From NCBI GenBank assembly GCA_964016885.1, contig OZ024741.1, positions 147,250,001 through 147,314,000 on the forward strand: DNA of 64,000 nt. The letters are read 5' to 3'. Position 1 is the first letter of the stretch. Every line of letters begins with the position of its first letter. This stretch comes from Eledone cirrhosa (taxonomy: Eukaryota). The translations under genes and the position numbers were made by a program. Positions 1 through 15,184 of this stretch are shown here, in pieces. The notes under the pieces are model-generated. The model was not told where the DNA came from and ran no database searches. It saw only the letters and a list, made by a program, of their open reading frames with translations.

Positions 1-284
1 AACTCATATGGTCCTTAAAAGACAAAAACATTAAATATAACATCTTTTGGAAAAAGATTTCTTCTGCATCCTCGTACTTGAACAGCTCTCTATCTAAAAT
101 CTGTAATCTCTGCCTAAATGAAAAATTTACCATTATCTCTAACCTAGAATCCATAATAAATAGACGCTCGGATTTGTTTTCCATCTGCCTGCATAAATTC
201 CATAGAACTTTTCACAAAGTATACAGTTAATATTCAATTCTTTATCAATTTAGAATCTTTTCTCAAAGGCACATATACATACAC

Positions 285-725
285 CTCTTTAAAATATACC
301 CATCTACCTTACTTTAAAGGGCATTATACACTCTATAATACTCGTTTACTCTTTTCCCTCATCCTATCTTCTCGTAAAACAATAACATTTGTTTTTGACA
401 TTTTGAATATTCATCCGCAATCATTATTATTTTTTCCCTCTATCATAAATCTTTTTAATCTCAATTTCATCCTTAATTTATTATTATATATTTTTTTTAA
501 TATATACTCATATATTCTTTAAAATATACCCATCTACCTTACTTTAAAGGGCATTATACACTCTATAATACCCGTTTACTCATCACCCTCATTATATCTC
601 CTCGTAAAACAATAACATTTGTTTTTGACATTTTGAGTATTCATCCGCAATCATTATTATTTTTTCTCTCTATCATAAATCTTTTTAATCTCAATTTCAT
701 CCTTAATTTATTATTATTTTTTTCT
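285..725. repeat. Tandem duplication, ~230 bp unit (further duplications at 885-970 and 960-1380)
   Basis: ctttaaaatatacccatctaccttactttaaagggc starts at ~287 and again at ~517, and both copies continue almost identically. Confidence 0.85.
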
Positions 726-1471
726 CCCCATCAACGAACTCATTATTAATACATATGAATTCAATATAAAAACTTTAACTTCACATTATTTTTCTCAAAT
801 CCTTCTACACATAAACTTTTTCTCTTTGCTAATTTTAAAATTCCTACATTTCTCCTTTTGACGTTAGAATATTCACCCACAATTATTATTTTTTTCTCTC
901 TATCTCCATACATAATTTCCCTTCGTTATTTTTTTTTCTCTCTATCTCCATACATAATTTCCCTTCGTTAATTTTCAAATTCCTTTAATTTATACATTAT
1001 CTTCCAACGGTTCCCAACCTCTCTATATTAAAACATTATATCTTTTTCTCAGTTATAAAAACTATCTCTTTCTCTCTATCACCCATCTCTCCCTTTCCAC
1101 CTTCACTCTCATCTCCTCCCCTTTTTTTCATCCTTTCCACCCCCACCCCTCCCTAAATATAATATATTTTTTCCTCGCACATATCCTCCCTTCGTTAATT
1201 TTCAAAATTTTTAATTTATACAGTATCTTCCAACGGTTTTCAACCCCTCTATATAAAATATATCTCCTCTCAGTTATAAAAACTATCTCTTTCTCTCTAT
1301 CACCCATCTCTCCCTCTCATCTCCTTCCCTTTTCATCCTTTTCTCTCCCCCCCCTCTCTAAATAAAATATTTTTCCCAATATCACACATCAATCTAAAAC
1401 CACTTTTCATATGTTTATTTAAAACTGCACTATCAACAAGTGTTTTTTTAGCCTTCATATCATGTTCTCCT

Positions 1472-1540
1472 GTTTTATCTGATGAAAACACAAATATTAT
1501 TGTTTGATGATGTTTGTTTTTGAAATGCGCATAATAAAAT
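1472..1540 (+). ncRNA. Type I hammerhead ribozyme
   Basis: gttttat-CTGATGA-(15-bp stem II, 1 mismatch)-GAAA-tgcgca-TA-ataaaat. Stem I is gttttat/ataaaat, loop 3 is palindromic, and the AUA cleavage triplet ends at 1533. Confidence 0.85.
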
Positions 1541-2879
1541 ATATTGAACTCCTTTAACCATCTTTTGATCTTATATTATATATATATATATATATATATT
1601 ATAAGAATAGATTAAAGTTTAAGAATCACTGCTTTCACTCTTAACAGGCTCTTCTAAAACTGAAAAAAAATCAAACTGTGGACGCAGAAGTAAATATTTC
1701 AACAAATGTTACAACCTAAGGAGAACAAGAAGACAATATTCTTTTGAGCCTTCCTTCCTGCCTTGATCCAACACCACACACACAATGAGACAGTTGGAAA
1801 GAAAGATGATTGCACCAGTGCTGAGCTGAGATCCCTAAAAGACAAAGTAGATCTCAACAGGATTTGAACTCAAAAGTGCACAGAGTTAGAACAAATGCCC
1901 AACACTTTAACAACTTTGCCAAATCTGTGTCATATACTGAAAAGTTAAGCCAATTAACCCATCCCCCTTTCCTATACCCTTTTGACCTTGTGCCAAAGAA
2001 GGTAAGAAATATCGCAACAAAAATAATATCCATAAATCCCTTGTTTGTGATCAGGATGAAAATATTTACAAAAAAAAACCATTTAAGCTGTGAAACATGG
2101 AATCCTGGAATTCATGAAACATTCATTCCCAGAAAACTTGTTCTATCATTAGCATACAAAAACAAGAAATAAAAAATAGAGGATGAGGAAGGGGGTTATT
2201 TTAAGGTTGGAGGAAGGGAGATCAGATTTGCATGTGTTATGCCATGAGAAAAGAGAAACTGTCCATTTTCTCTCCGAATATAAAGTATTTCTTGATGATT
2301 CTGACGGTAGTTTGGGTAAAGTAAGAAACTAAAATAAAATAAAAGACAGTACAGAAATAGATGAACCATATTGGAAAAAGAGGTGAAAAAACTGAGCTGA
2401 AACAAGTTTTAGGTTTAGAAAATATTTCGCAAAAGGCACCTGGATTATTAATGAGGCTTATTCTAGTAACGAAAAAAATATTTAAAAAAAACATTGCTGA
2501 AGATAAAAAGAAACTAAAAACTAAAAATGACGAAATGAGAAGTTATCCTCCTTTGAGATGTGTGAAAGGGACAGAAGATATATTTTAAAGATTAACGAAG
2601 GATGTGCCAATTCTGACTAGTAGCTTAGGTGGAGCTATGGCTGAAGTCAAAAGGCAAGCAAAGCAAGCTATTTATATCTAAATCAAAAATAGTAAGCAGA
2701 TGGATGAAAAATGTTGAGATTTCAACTGTTCAGAATAGAGCAAACAGACAAACTTCTCAATATATAAAGCGAGAGATATACAGAGGAAGGAAACAAAAAC
2801 AGTGATAGTTGTGCCATATCAAACATTAGGTGTGTATACATATATATGTACAGACATATATACATACATATATGTATAT

Positions 2880-2917
<38 letters not shown>

Positions 2918-2959
2918 ACACTTATACATATACACACACACACTTATATATATATAAAT

Positions 2960-3430
2960 AATTAGGTAGTAACATGTGCTTATGCCATATAAAATTAGTC
3001 TGTTAGTTGAAATTTGAAAAAAACCCTCTAAACGGAAAAAAGGATGAGTATTGATGTACATGGGACGGGAACCCACATCTTTGATTTTCTGGACCAATGT
3101 GCTACCATTACACCAACACATACCTCCTTCCATTCAATTAGAAGCTATATAACCATAGCAGGTATATATATGTATATAAATAGGGAGAAACAAAGAAGGT
3201 GTGTTGGTGTAATGGTAACACATTGGTCCAGCAAACCAAAGATGTAGGTTCATGTCCCATGTATGTCAATACTCATCCTGTTTTTCCATTAAGAGGGTTT
3301 TTTTAAAATTTCAACTAACAGACTAATTCTATTTAATCAAATACGGTGTAAACACATGTTACTGCCTAATTTTCAAATTCGTTAGCCGTTTGTAAACAAA
3401 GCCTGCTTTGTGTCTCCCTATTTATATATA
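2960..3430. repeat. Fold-back element made of two inverted tRNA-like-head units, flanked by (TA)n
   Basis: 2960-3130 is the reverse complement of 3195-3371. The arm has A-box-like tggtgtaatgg and B-box-like ggttcatgtcc. A second inverted pair lies at 3172-3194 and 3406-3430. Confidence 0.7.
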
Positions 3431-3459
3431 TATATAAATATATATACATATACATAATT

Positions 3460-3802
3460 GCGACATGATAAAAGGCACCCAGTCCACACTGTAAAGTGGT
3501 CATGATGGCAACATGACAAAAATTACCCAGTCCACACTATAAAGTGGCCATGTAAGTGTCATAACAAAAAGCACCTAGCCCACAGTGCAGAGTGGTCGTG
3601 TAGGTGTCATCACAAAAAGCACCCAGTCCACACTGTAAATGTGGTTGGCGTTAGTAAGGGCATCCAGCTGTAGAAACCATGCCAAAATCAGTTCTATATG
3701 AGTAAGACATGGTCACCTGACCTGGCATTTCTTACAACAGGACAACTCATCTAACCCATGCTAGCATGGATAAAATGGACCTTAAACGGTGATGATGATG
3801 AT
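3460..3802 (+). mobile_element. RTE-tail/SINE-tail repeat with ~44-bp internal tandem units
   Basis: Repeated aaaagcacccagtccacactgtaaagtgg, then aagggcatccagctgtagaaac, acccatgctagcatgg and a (gat)n tail. Confidence 0.8.
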
Positions 3803-3926
3803 ATATATATATGTATATGCACAGATATAGCCTTTGGTTGACTGCTTAACCAATGCCTTGTGAATGAAATTTTCATTTTATTTTTGTTGTCACTCAGAGA
3901 AACACCAAAAGTATGTATGATCTTAT

Positions 3927-4080
3927 AATTATTTCTACTTTTGGCACAAGGCCAGCAATTATCCCATGCATTACTGGTACTTTATTTTATCGACCCCGTA
4001 AGCCTGAAATGCAAAGTTAACCTCGGCGGGATTTGAACTCAGACCATAAAGGGCTGTAACTCTATGCTGCAAAGCATGGC
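3927..4080 (-). mobile_element. tRNA-derived SINE family 1 (Nin/Deu-like core), partial
   Basis: Matches the 40791-40965 copy (tggtactttattttatcgacccc...ggatttgaactcaga). Confidence 0.8.
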
Positions 4081-4838
4081 GATAATGAAGGATTTGCAGT
4101 AGTTTTTCTAATACCACAGCACAACTCAGAGTTTATTGTAGTGAGACGCAGAAGTTGTAATAACACCTCAGTAGTTTTTCAAAAACACAAATATTTTTTC
4201 TTTACATTTCCACCATGAAAGTATTTACTATTTTAGATATATCTCATATATGTAGATATGTCTTGATTGAATCATAAAGGTTGGGTTCTTTAAACCTGGC
4301 AGAGCCTATCCCCTCTCCAAATCTGAACACAGCCGATTTATTTCAGAGAAGGAGAAAGTGTGTGATAGAGTGTAAGTGAGAAAGAGATATAGAAGAAGAA
4401 TTGACTTTAATACTGGACTGGACTAGTACTTTATCAATCTCAAGAGGATGAGAGACAAAGTTGACATTGATAGGATTTGAACTCAGAAAGCCAAAACAAA
4501 TACCACAAAAGCATTCTATCTGGTGTTCTAACAACTCTACCAATTAACTGCCTATCTCTCATATACTTTCGTGCAGCTGTTTCATGACTGTTAATTCCCA
4601 TGGCCAGTGTTTTTCAGTAGTGTTGAAGTTTCTTACTATTAAAAAAATCGAAGGAGGGACAAAAAAAAAATGCTAAAAGGGAACTTTTTCGTTTCAGTAA
4701 TTCAAGAAAGGCAAATTGTTTTTTACATTCCCATTATCGTTAGTTTCCTTTTTAGTCATGCATAAAATCTCGAGATTTACTGAAATAACTGTACTGCCAA
4801 AATGAATAACTTTCGTTTTTGCATAGTATAGTGTTGTT

Positions 4839-4841
<3 letters not shown>

Positions 4842-4901
<60 letters not shown>

Positions 4902-4915
4902 TCTCTCTCTCTCTC
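4842..4915. repeat. (CT)n microsatellite
   Basis: Direct reading. Confidence 0.95.
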
Positions 4916-5499
4916 AAAACTAGTTTCATGCCCCAACTAATTTCGTTTCTTCATAAACTCCTTAATAATGCATGTTTTTTCCAATAAAAGTTTGCAGAGA
5001 TACATTTTCGAAGGTGTAGATTGGTAATATTCTAAAGGGTTATTACATTTTTTTGCAATTCGCAATTTCTAGAAACGACCTTACATACTTGTATGAAGTC
5101 TATAACATTATCTTTGTAGTTAATATTCATTATCAACAGGAAATTCAAGGTATAAAAGAATTTAACGTATAAAAGAAAAGTTCCAAGTTTATGTTTAGCC
5201 TACTGCAAACACAGATCGAAAGTATTCAGTAAAAGAAAGCATAGAACTATATAAAAATGAAATCTATAATATGTGTATTTTTTTTCTTTTTGAACATTTC
5301 ATTAACATAATCGGAAACTACCACATGGAAAACGTATGGCTGAAAATGTCGATTTAAAAATAAGCACTGAACATTTTTACTTGTCAAATTTGGGATTTTC
5401 CAGATCTTTCCATGGGCGAAAGGTTAAAGATTTATGAATTTTTTTCAAACATTTACACGGATGTAATCCATTATTAATTATGAACTTACATGGCTCTGA

Positions 5500-8328
5500 T
5501 ATCTTTCTTTTGAAATACCTTTTTTGTACAGCTCCATTGAAATAATGGAAGTCTTTGTTTCATGTCCTCACCAGAAGCAAGACAAAGTTGTGATAAAGAA
5601 GGCTATAATTTGGTGCTACTTTTATGAGCAGTCCATTGCAGTATCCATAGTTTACACAGTATAATGACTTGATATGTATTCAGGTCAGGGTTAAAGTTAG
5701 ATTTTATAATTAAGGTAGGCTGTATGCTGAACAATAAATGGCCAGGTAGACTGCACACTGAACTGTAAATAACCAGGCACTGCATGCTGAACCTCTCCAA
5801 TAAACACCAATCTTTACTTTGGGTTGATATTTTTCGATTCCTTTATGTACATCATGAATTCTTTGAAGAACATTGTTTTGCATATTTTTGGTATGAGCAT
5901 GCATTTACCTTTAATCGCTAACCCATCCTGCACTTTTAGGCATTCTTTCAATGACCAGTAGTTTCTTATAAGTTTTGGTATATCTTTCACAGTCTCTGGC
6001 CATCCACTTATCATTTGTTTTAATATTTTCAATTCTCCATCTTCTGTAGCTTCTTGTAGCTCTATTTGCTTCTGTACTGATATATCAACAGCCTGTATTG
6101 TAAGATCTAGTTCAATTTATTTGACTTGGGTTGGCTGTACTCTTGATAAATAATCTGGAATTCTTATTTCTCTACCTGGTTTCTATATGATTTGAGCATC
6201 ATATGGTTGTAGCTTTATCAACATTCTTGCAGTCTTAGGGGTGCTTGTGCAATGTTTTTGCTCTGTATATTTTCCAATGGTTTGTAATTTGGTTCAGTTT
6301 GGAACTCTTTACATTACACATATGTATGAAATGTTTCACAACCAAACACCACTGCAAGTAGCTCTCTTTCTATGTTTGCATATCTTAATTCCTTAATTCA
6401 GCATCAGTCAGTCTTTTGCTAGAAAATGCAACAATTTTGCAATTATTGATTAGTGTTGCACCGAGGCCTAACATGCTTGAATCTACTTTTATCACTGTCT
6501 TTGCATTAGGTTTAAAATAAGTTAGGAAGAAGTTTTCATGAAGACAGTCTTTCAAGTTTTGAAAAAGCTTTTCATGTGTATTATTCTATTGTCATTCAGT
6601 GTTTTCCTCAGTGGGACTGTTTTTTAACTAAGTTCTGGTATGAAAGGGCTTATGTATTGGATCATACCTAGATATTGCTTAAGTTCTTCACAGTTTATAT
6701 GTTTGGGCTTTGGTTTGTTTTGTCACATTTTTCAGGATCTGGGTGAGAGCCATTTTCATCCCAGATAAGACCATAAAATTTTATCTGTTTTTGTCTTAAT
6801 TTGTATTTGGATATTGGTTGGACCACTGGTATTGCATTTTCAACAATGTATATTATTTGCTTTCCTGGAAATATGCCAGGGTATTCACTTTCAAGGTCTT
6901 TTATGCTTTGCAGTTGTTTGATTGTATTTCATGATACCACAGTATTAGGTCCTGACCTAATATTGTTGTATCATTTTCAGGCACAAAACATTTGGCTAGA
7001 ATTGTGTCAGAAATTTTGTCTAATGCTGAGGACTATATTATGGTATTTTGGTGCCACTCACTGGCTATAGGATAATTTGTTCTTTTTTGTGACTTATTTG
7101 TTTGCCAGTATTTTTATTAATATTTTTGGGGTCCATCTGATTATATAGCCTTGGCATTGGCTCACTTTTATTTTGTATGTTCTTCCATAGGAATCTTTAT
7201 AATCTATGATAACAAATATTTTCTTACTGTTACTGTTTGTTTCTTCTTTGTTTTATATTGTGTGTAGATACAAGTCTTCTTCTTGATCTGAATTATATTC
7301 TTATTTGTAAGTGGCATCCATATTTTTCTTCTCATTATTTTGTTTTCTGGTCTTGTGTAGGTTTTGTTTTTTGGACCTATATAGGATTTCTGCTTTGGTA
7401 TGTGGTTGATTTTGTAAGGCAATATTTTTCTAAATAGTGTAGTCAATGACATTTTCTGTATTTTCTGTTAAATACATAACAGTCTTCTTTTTTTTCTGTA
7501 AGCTTTCTCACATCTTCCACACTGTCTGGTATTTTTTTTATTGTTACTTCATGACATGTACCTGTTTTTCTTTCACCAGAATCATTATAATGTGCACAGT
7601 TTTTACCATAGCTTCAAATGTTCTTATGCTTTCCATAGTTAACTCTAGTTAGATTTGGGTTATTTATAAGATTTCTGTTTTTATCTGTCCACTTCAGACC
7701 TTTTATTATTTGTTCAAGGATTCTTTCCTTCTTGTTTGTGTCAAAGTCAGATATTTCTGCTTTCGATTTAAGTCTAACAAAATATTCGTCAATGGACTCT
7801 TCGGTTTGTTTTATTGTTGGGAAATCTAATAGTTCAACCAATTTGTTTAGTTTGGGCTTCAAAAATTCTGAATACATTTGCTAATATTTCTTTCTGTCCA
7901 CATTTTACATTTTGTATTAATTATTGGCCCTTTGGTCCTTTGCTAAGTAAAATATAGTTGTGTTTCAGTTTTTCATCTATTTTGTTGATAGTGAAGTAAG
8001 AGCTTATAAAATCAATCCATTTGTTTTAAGCTTCGTACTTATTTTGGTTTGACCAGTCAAGATTTGGTCATGGGGTTGTTGACATCCCAATCTTTATGGA
8101 ATTTTTATTGCCTTTGTGATTGTTTGACTTTTAATTTTTTTTTAGTCTTTGTGTGACTGCCACCATGACATGCTGCTTTACACAAACAAAGCAAACATAT
8201 TTTTAAACATGTTATTTCTCCATCTTAATATTGTTTTAATATTAAATCACATAATATTTTGTTTAAGGCACTCATTCAAAGGAAGAAATTTATGAAATAT
8301 TTAATCAAAACATAGTTGTCATGTTACA
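5500..8328 (-). mobile_element. Decayed Ty3/Gypsy LTR retrotransposon (gag, RT remnant, RNase H, integrase N-terminal part)
   Basis: gag ESIDEYFVRLKSKAE...ERILEQIIKGL; RT tail IKFYGLIWDENGSHPDPEK; RNase H VDSSMLGLGATL and YANIERELLAV; GWPETVKDIPKLIRNYW. PBS-like TGGTGGCAG at 8165-8157 directly follows CA. Many stops and frameshifts. Confidence 0.85.
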
Positions 8329-9109
8329 GGTAAAAACGTTTGAAAAAAGATGTTAAAAATTCAAATCCCTTTATTTGACATGAAGCCAGGGCTGGATTTA
8401 TTGGGGATGATGGGAGTACTTACACAGCTACATCATAACTAAAACAAACACATAGGTAATGCACCACACTTGAGCAAAACACACATGCACATAGAGCTAT
8501 CACCCCTCCCTCCCTAAGCACATACAACACCCTCTTTCCCCTTTACCCCTCCCCCCCCAACCCTTTATTAAACACACACACATACCAACATCACCGGGCT
8601 GAGAATGCAAATCACCACTCCAATCTACCAAGACTGATACCAGAAGTATGCATTTGCAGGCACATACACACACCACAGGGGTGGGTGATACACCCATATA
8701 ACATCATCTCAACACCTCAACTACACCCACCCACACACTAAAATTAGTAAACTATACAGCAACAACAACAACACTAACATGCACACCAAATTAAAAGAAT
8801 CGAAGAAAGGAATGTGAGGGGTGGGAGAGAGAGTAGAGGGAGAACTGGAAGGGATAATACTTACTACCCAGAATTTCCTGACCTCTTTTTCGACACTGTA
8901 GAAGTTTTGTCCTTCTCAAATTTTAGCCATCTCCATCCATGCACCATCACATAGTGAACACACAACCACACATGTACACAGAAATACAGACTTACACGAA
9001 TACAGGAGATTGGTGATGATTTCCTCGCATGCTGGTTATGAGGATGGAATTAATATATTCCTAACACAACAGTCGGGCAAGGAAATCATCACCAATTTCC
9101 AAAACCCTC

Positions 9110-9480
9110 TATAACTAGAGAGAAAATACTATGTACACACCGTCATAAGCTGGGTGGGGATATTAACCCCACGAACATCAATTTGGAGGTTATAGCAGAT
9201 AAAATAACTGGTAACTCTTGAATAAACTCTCTTGCTAGAAAACACCCACAAGATCTTGCACTAGATCATACCTATGGTATAATTCCCCCACATAATAACT
9301 TAGTTAAGACTAAATTACCTTCTACCTTCTTTAAATTATTATTACATAAAAAGTATCCGCCATCACATAGGTACCATAAAATCTTAAATAGAAATACTGT
9401 ATGACTCTGCTACAGCTAACTTGGAAAACTTTATAACAGGATTAAACAATAAATGCCTCTACAATCGTAATGTGAACTGA
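9110..9480 (+). mobile_element. Penelope-like element fragment
   Basis: With one frameshift, ~9275-9416 reads WYN.PHNNLVKTKLPSTFFKLLLHKKYPPSHRYHKILNRNTV*LCYS, matching the PLE WFNPP...HKIFNRNTVK.SYS motif. Confidence 0.7.
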
Positions 9481-10569
9481 CCATTAAGTTTCATTTATGG
9501 GGATGACAAGTGGATTAGATTTACTTCCATAAGCAGGATTAGTAAGGAAGTGAAAACATTTAATAATAACTCTCTTCTCCTCCCTCACTATATACATAAC
9601 TTATTCTCTTCCCTCTATTTCAATATATGTAACCTACTCTCTTCCCTCTCTCTCAATATATGTAACTTATTTCAACTAAACACATGCATTGTTTTATTCC
9701 AGCAACAATGCATTACATAAGCTTGGGCTTATATGAAACTTTACACAACAAAACAAGTATGAACAATCAATGTCTAAAGACATCTTATTGTATTGTTTGG
9801 TCCACAATTAGCTACCATGTTTTCTCTTATAACTTTGGCTTTTTTTTTTTTTTTTGTAATAATTGTTTTGTTGTTTTTCCATATCCATTTCTTTATTTCT
9901 CTTCATTTTCTTGTTTTTCTTCTTCCTCCTCTAATTTTTTCTTTTCAATTTTTCGTGCATTTATTCTAACTTCATCTTATTGTAGCCCCTTTTCTTTCAT
10001 TCTTACACTTTCTATTTTCTTCTCGTTCATCTTATTGTTCTTTTTCTTCTTATTCTAATTTATTCATCTTTTTCATCTTCTTATTCTGACTTCTTCATCT
10101 TCATCATTTTATTCTAACTTCATCTTCTTCCCCTAACTTCATTTTATTCTAGCACCTTCTTCATTCCTTTGCTTTCTATTTTCTATTCTTTCATTTTGTT
10201 GCTATTCAACTTGCTATTGTTCTTCTTTTGAGGGATTTACTTAAACTATAAATTCTTTAAGTACTAAGATAGCAACTTAATATATTGCTCTTATATAAAA
10301 TTATGTTGGAAGATTTTAATTTAAATAGAATCCCTTTAAAATGGGTAGTTTTGTTTCATAGAACCAGTGACAGTTTTGGATAGCTTGGTATCAAAAGCCA
10401 AAAAATGAGATCTTTTACTTGTCAATTTCACCCCTTATATTTTCAGCAAGATGTGATAATGTAAAGTGAAATTGATACTCTGCCACCCTGTGTCACTCAG
10501 CATCACCCTGTGCCCCTCTATGTTCTCTCTTCAACCTACAGATTCAGTAGACCCGATCTTATTCCAGTT

Positions 10570-10890
10570 CCATTGGATGGGTAACCTCCTGGGACACATG
10601 TCTATTGTAGGGTTATCCTCCTGGGACACCAGTCCATTGCAGGGTTAACCTTCTGAGACACCTGTCTGTTGCAAAGGTTAACCTCCCTGGGACACCAGTC
10701 TGATGTAGGGTTAACCTCCTGAGACACCTGTCTGTTGCAAAGGTTAACCTTCCTGGGACACCAGTCCATTGCAGGGTTAACCTCCCGAGACACCAGTCTG
10801 CTGCAGGGGTTAACCTCCCTGGGACACCAGTCTGATGTAGGGTTAACCTCCTGAGACACCAGTCTGATGTAGGGTTAACCTCCCAGCACC
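10570..10890. repeat. ~31-bp minisatellite (about 10 units) amplified inside a minus-strand SINE (10460-10980)
   Basis: Unit ggttaacctcctgagacaccagtctgatgtag. The adjacent gctggtactcatt...agcaacatgaaatgaagtg matches SINE family 2 in reverse. Confidence 0.8.
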
Positions 10891-11919
10891 TGCTGGTACT
10901 CATTCTTTTCTTCAGTTTAATGGAATACAGCAACATGAAATGAAGTGACTTTCTCAGCATCCTAACCACTAGCCCTTCACTGTATATTATTACGTACTAA
11001 TGATGATAATAACATTCATCACCATCATGCTCATTCTCATGATTATTGCTATAATCATCCTTCTCATCCTTAGCATCATCACCATCACCCTCATCATCAG
11101 CAACAGCATCAGCTTCTTTATCCTCAGCAGAATTGTCTAATCTTTTCTAGCATAGTAAAAATGCTGTTAAAGTCAATATGCATCAAGTACACTCTATAGA
11201 GTGGTAGCAATGGAAGTAGCTGAGGGAACACTGTAGACTAGTTGAGGGCATAACTATTTCTCTAGGGCTTGTACCATGCTAAAAAATGCAGCCAGTACAC
11301 TTTGTAAAGTAGTTAGTATTAAGAAGGGCGTCCAGCCAGCCATAGAAACACTATCAAAAAATGGAACACATAAACAAGATGTGGTTCTCTAGTCTAAAAC
11401 CATGATGACCCATCCAACCAATGCAAGCATGGAAAGCAGATGTAGGAGAGAACATTTAAAGATATATAATGATGCCACGCTTTCTAATAATAATTTCTAT
11501 GAATCTGAAAATTTGCAACACCTTACAATGCATGAAATAAGAAAAATAATTTTGGAAATGTACAAAATAAAACCAATAATGGAAAAAGAAAAAAGAAAAC
11601 AAAGCAAAAATCAGTTTGTTTGGCTTGCCGCCAGCTATGCCTTTACAATACCAATATTACTCTTATCAATGTGGCTACTACAAAGATTATTTAGTCTTTA
11701 AATCCCATAGTCCTTTTACCAAAGATAATATAAATCTCCGCCACAAGCATGACCATTGCTAGTTACGAATACTTCTGCTGCAGTGCAGTACAAGATCAGT
11801 TTTTTTGATAAACGGTAAGAGAACAACTAACCTGCTTGCTCTACTTAGAAATCCATGCCAGAATTAACTGGGAATGAGGCAAATTATTAAAGCTAGATAT
11901 CTAGTGAATATTAAAAACA

Positions 11920-13965
<2,046 letters not shown>

Positions 13966-13991
13966 ATATATATATAATATATATATATATA

Positions 13992-14110
13992 GTGAAGGCA
14001 TGTAGCTGAGTGGTAAGAGAATTGGATTTACAATCGTGAGGTTGTAAGTTCGATTCCTGGACCAGGCGATGCGTTGTCCTTGAGCAAGACACTTTATTTC
14101 ATGTTGCTCC
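13992..14110 (+). mobile_element. SINE family 2 head (tRNA-derived, CORE/Meta-like)
   Basis: A box tagctgagtgg, B box gttcgattcc, then gtccttgagcaagacactttatttc. Confidence 0.8.
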
Positions 14111-14331
14111 TTCTACTTTGAGTTGTAACCGATAGAGGATATTAGCAATTGGAAAGACTAACGTAAACATTGTTTCCTGCGTCCGATCTGACAAAAGTCA
14201 ATCGACTGCGATATATATATATATATATATGTTATGATAATAATATGAGATAAAAAAATATATATAACATATACATATATATAAATATATTTTCAACCTT
14301 TGTTGAAAATGATGATGATGATGATGATGAT

Positions 14332-14760
14332 AATTGTTTCTACTTTAGGCACAAGGTCTGTAATTACCCCAGTGCATTACTGGTGCTTTATTTTATCGAC
14401 CCCATAGGTATGGAAGGAAAAGTTAACCTCTGCGGGATTTGAACTCAGACCGCAAAGGAATGTAACACTATACTGCAAAGCATGATGTCCAACCCTCTAC
14501 CGATACTGCCAATCCACCGCCCTTGATGATGATAACAATAACGATTTCTTATATAGGCACAAAGCCAGTAATTTGGGGGAGGGGGAAGTCGATTAAATCG
14601 ACCCCAGTACATTACTGGTGCTTTCTTTTATCGACCCCGTAAAGATGAAAGGCAAAGTTAACCTCGGCGGGATTTGAACTCAGACCGTAGAGGGCCGTAA
14701 CTCTATGCTGCAAAGCATGGTGTCCGACCCTCTACCGATACTGCCAATCCACCACCCCTT
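14332..14760 (-). mobile_element. Two tandem SINE family 1 copies
   Basis: 14332-14523 and 14543-14760 each read ggtggattggcagtatcggtagagggt...gagttcaaatccc...ggggtcgataaaa on the minus strand. Confidence 0.85.
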
Positions 14761-15184
14761 GATGATGATAATAATAATAATAAAATCACCAACTTAACAG
14801 CAGTGCAAATTATAAAATAATAACAACAACAATAATAAACAATGATGATAACACACAAAATACAAAAAAAACATATAATCTGACAATTTTATCAGCTTAA
14901 TTATTCGAAAATAAGAAAGGGGGAAATGTCAAAATCAGAAAAAAGAATCTCAGACAATGAGTAACAAGGAAAAAAATTATAAAAGATACCAATGATGAAT
15001 TGTCACTGAAAGACAATTTATCACTGGTAAATAGAGGGAATCGGGATTTCAAATGATGTGTTTGGTTCAGCTCTTTCCTTTTGCTTTAATTTACTTTTTA
15101 TTGTTTTTTACATTTTGTTTCTTCTTATTATTTATCTTTTTCTTTTTCTTTTTCTTTTTCTTTTTCTTTTTCTTTTTATTATTG

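Larger units (their letters stand above)
1..1571 (+). mobile_element. Penelope-like retroelement, 3' part (GIY-YIG endonuclease C-terminus, long 3' UTR/pseudo-LTR with hammerhead)
   Basis: 3..230 translates LIWSLKDKNIKYNIFWKK...CNLCLNEKFTII...INRRSDLFSICLHKF*, the typical PLE GIY-YIG C-terminus. An AT-rich UTR follows, with a hammerhead at 1472-1540, ending at (TA)n near 1575. Confidence 0.75.

Noticed and set aside
2170-2800. Possible R4 N-terminal relic (DEPYWKKR)
   Set aside because: Too decayed to support beyond one short motif.
4590-5428. Possible piggyBac-like element ending cgaaaggttaa
   Set aside because: The left terminus is not convincingly identifiable.
10602-10969. Repetitive ORFs / possible CRISPR array
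   Set aside because: A 31-bp minisatellite inside a SINE, with no spacers.
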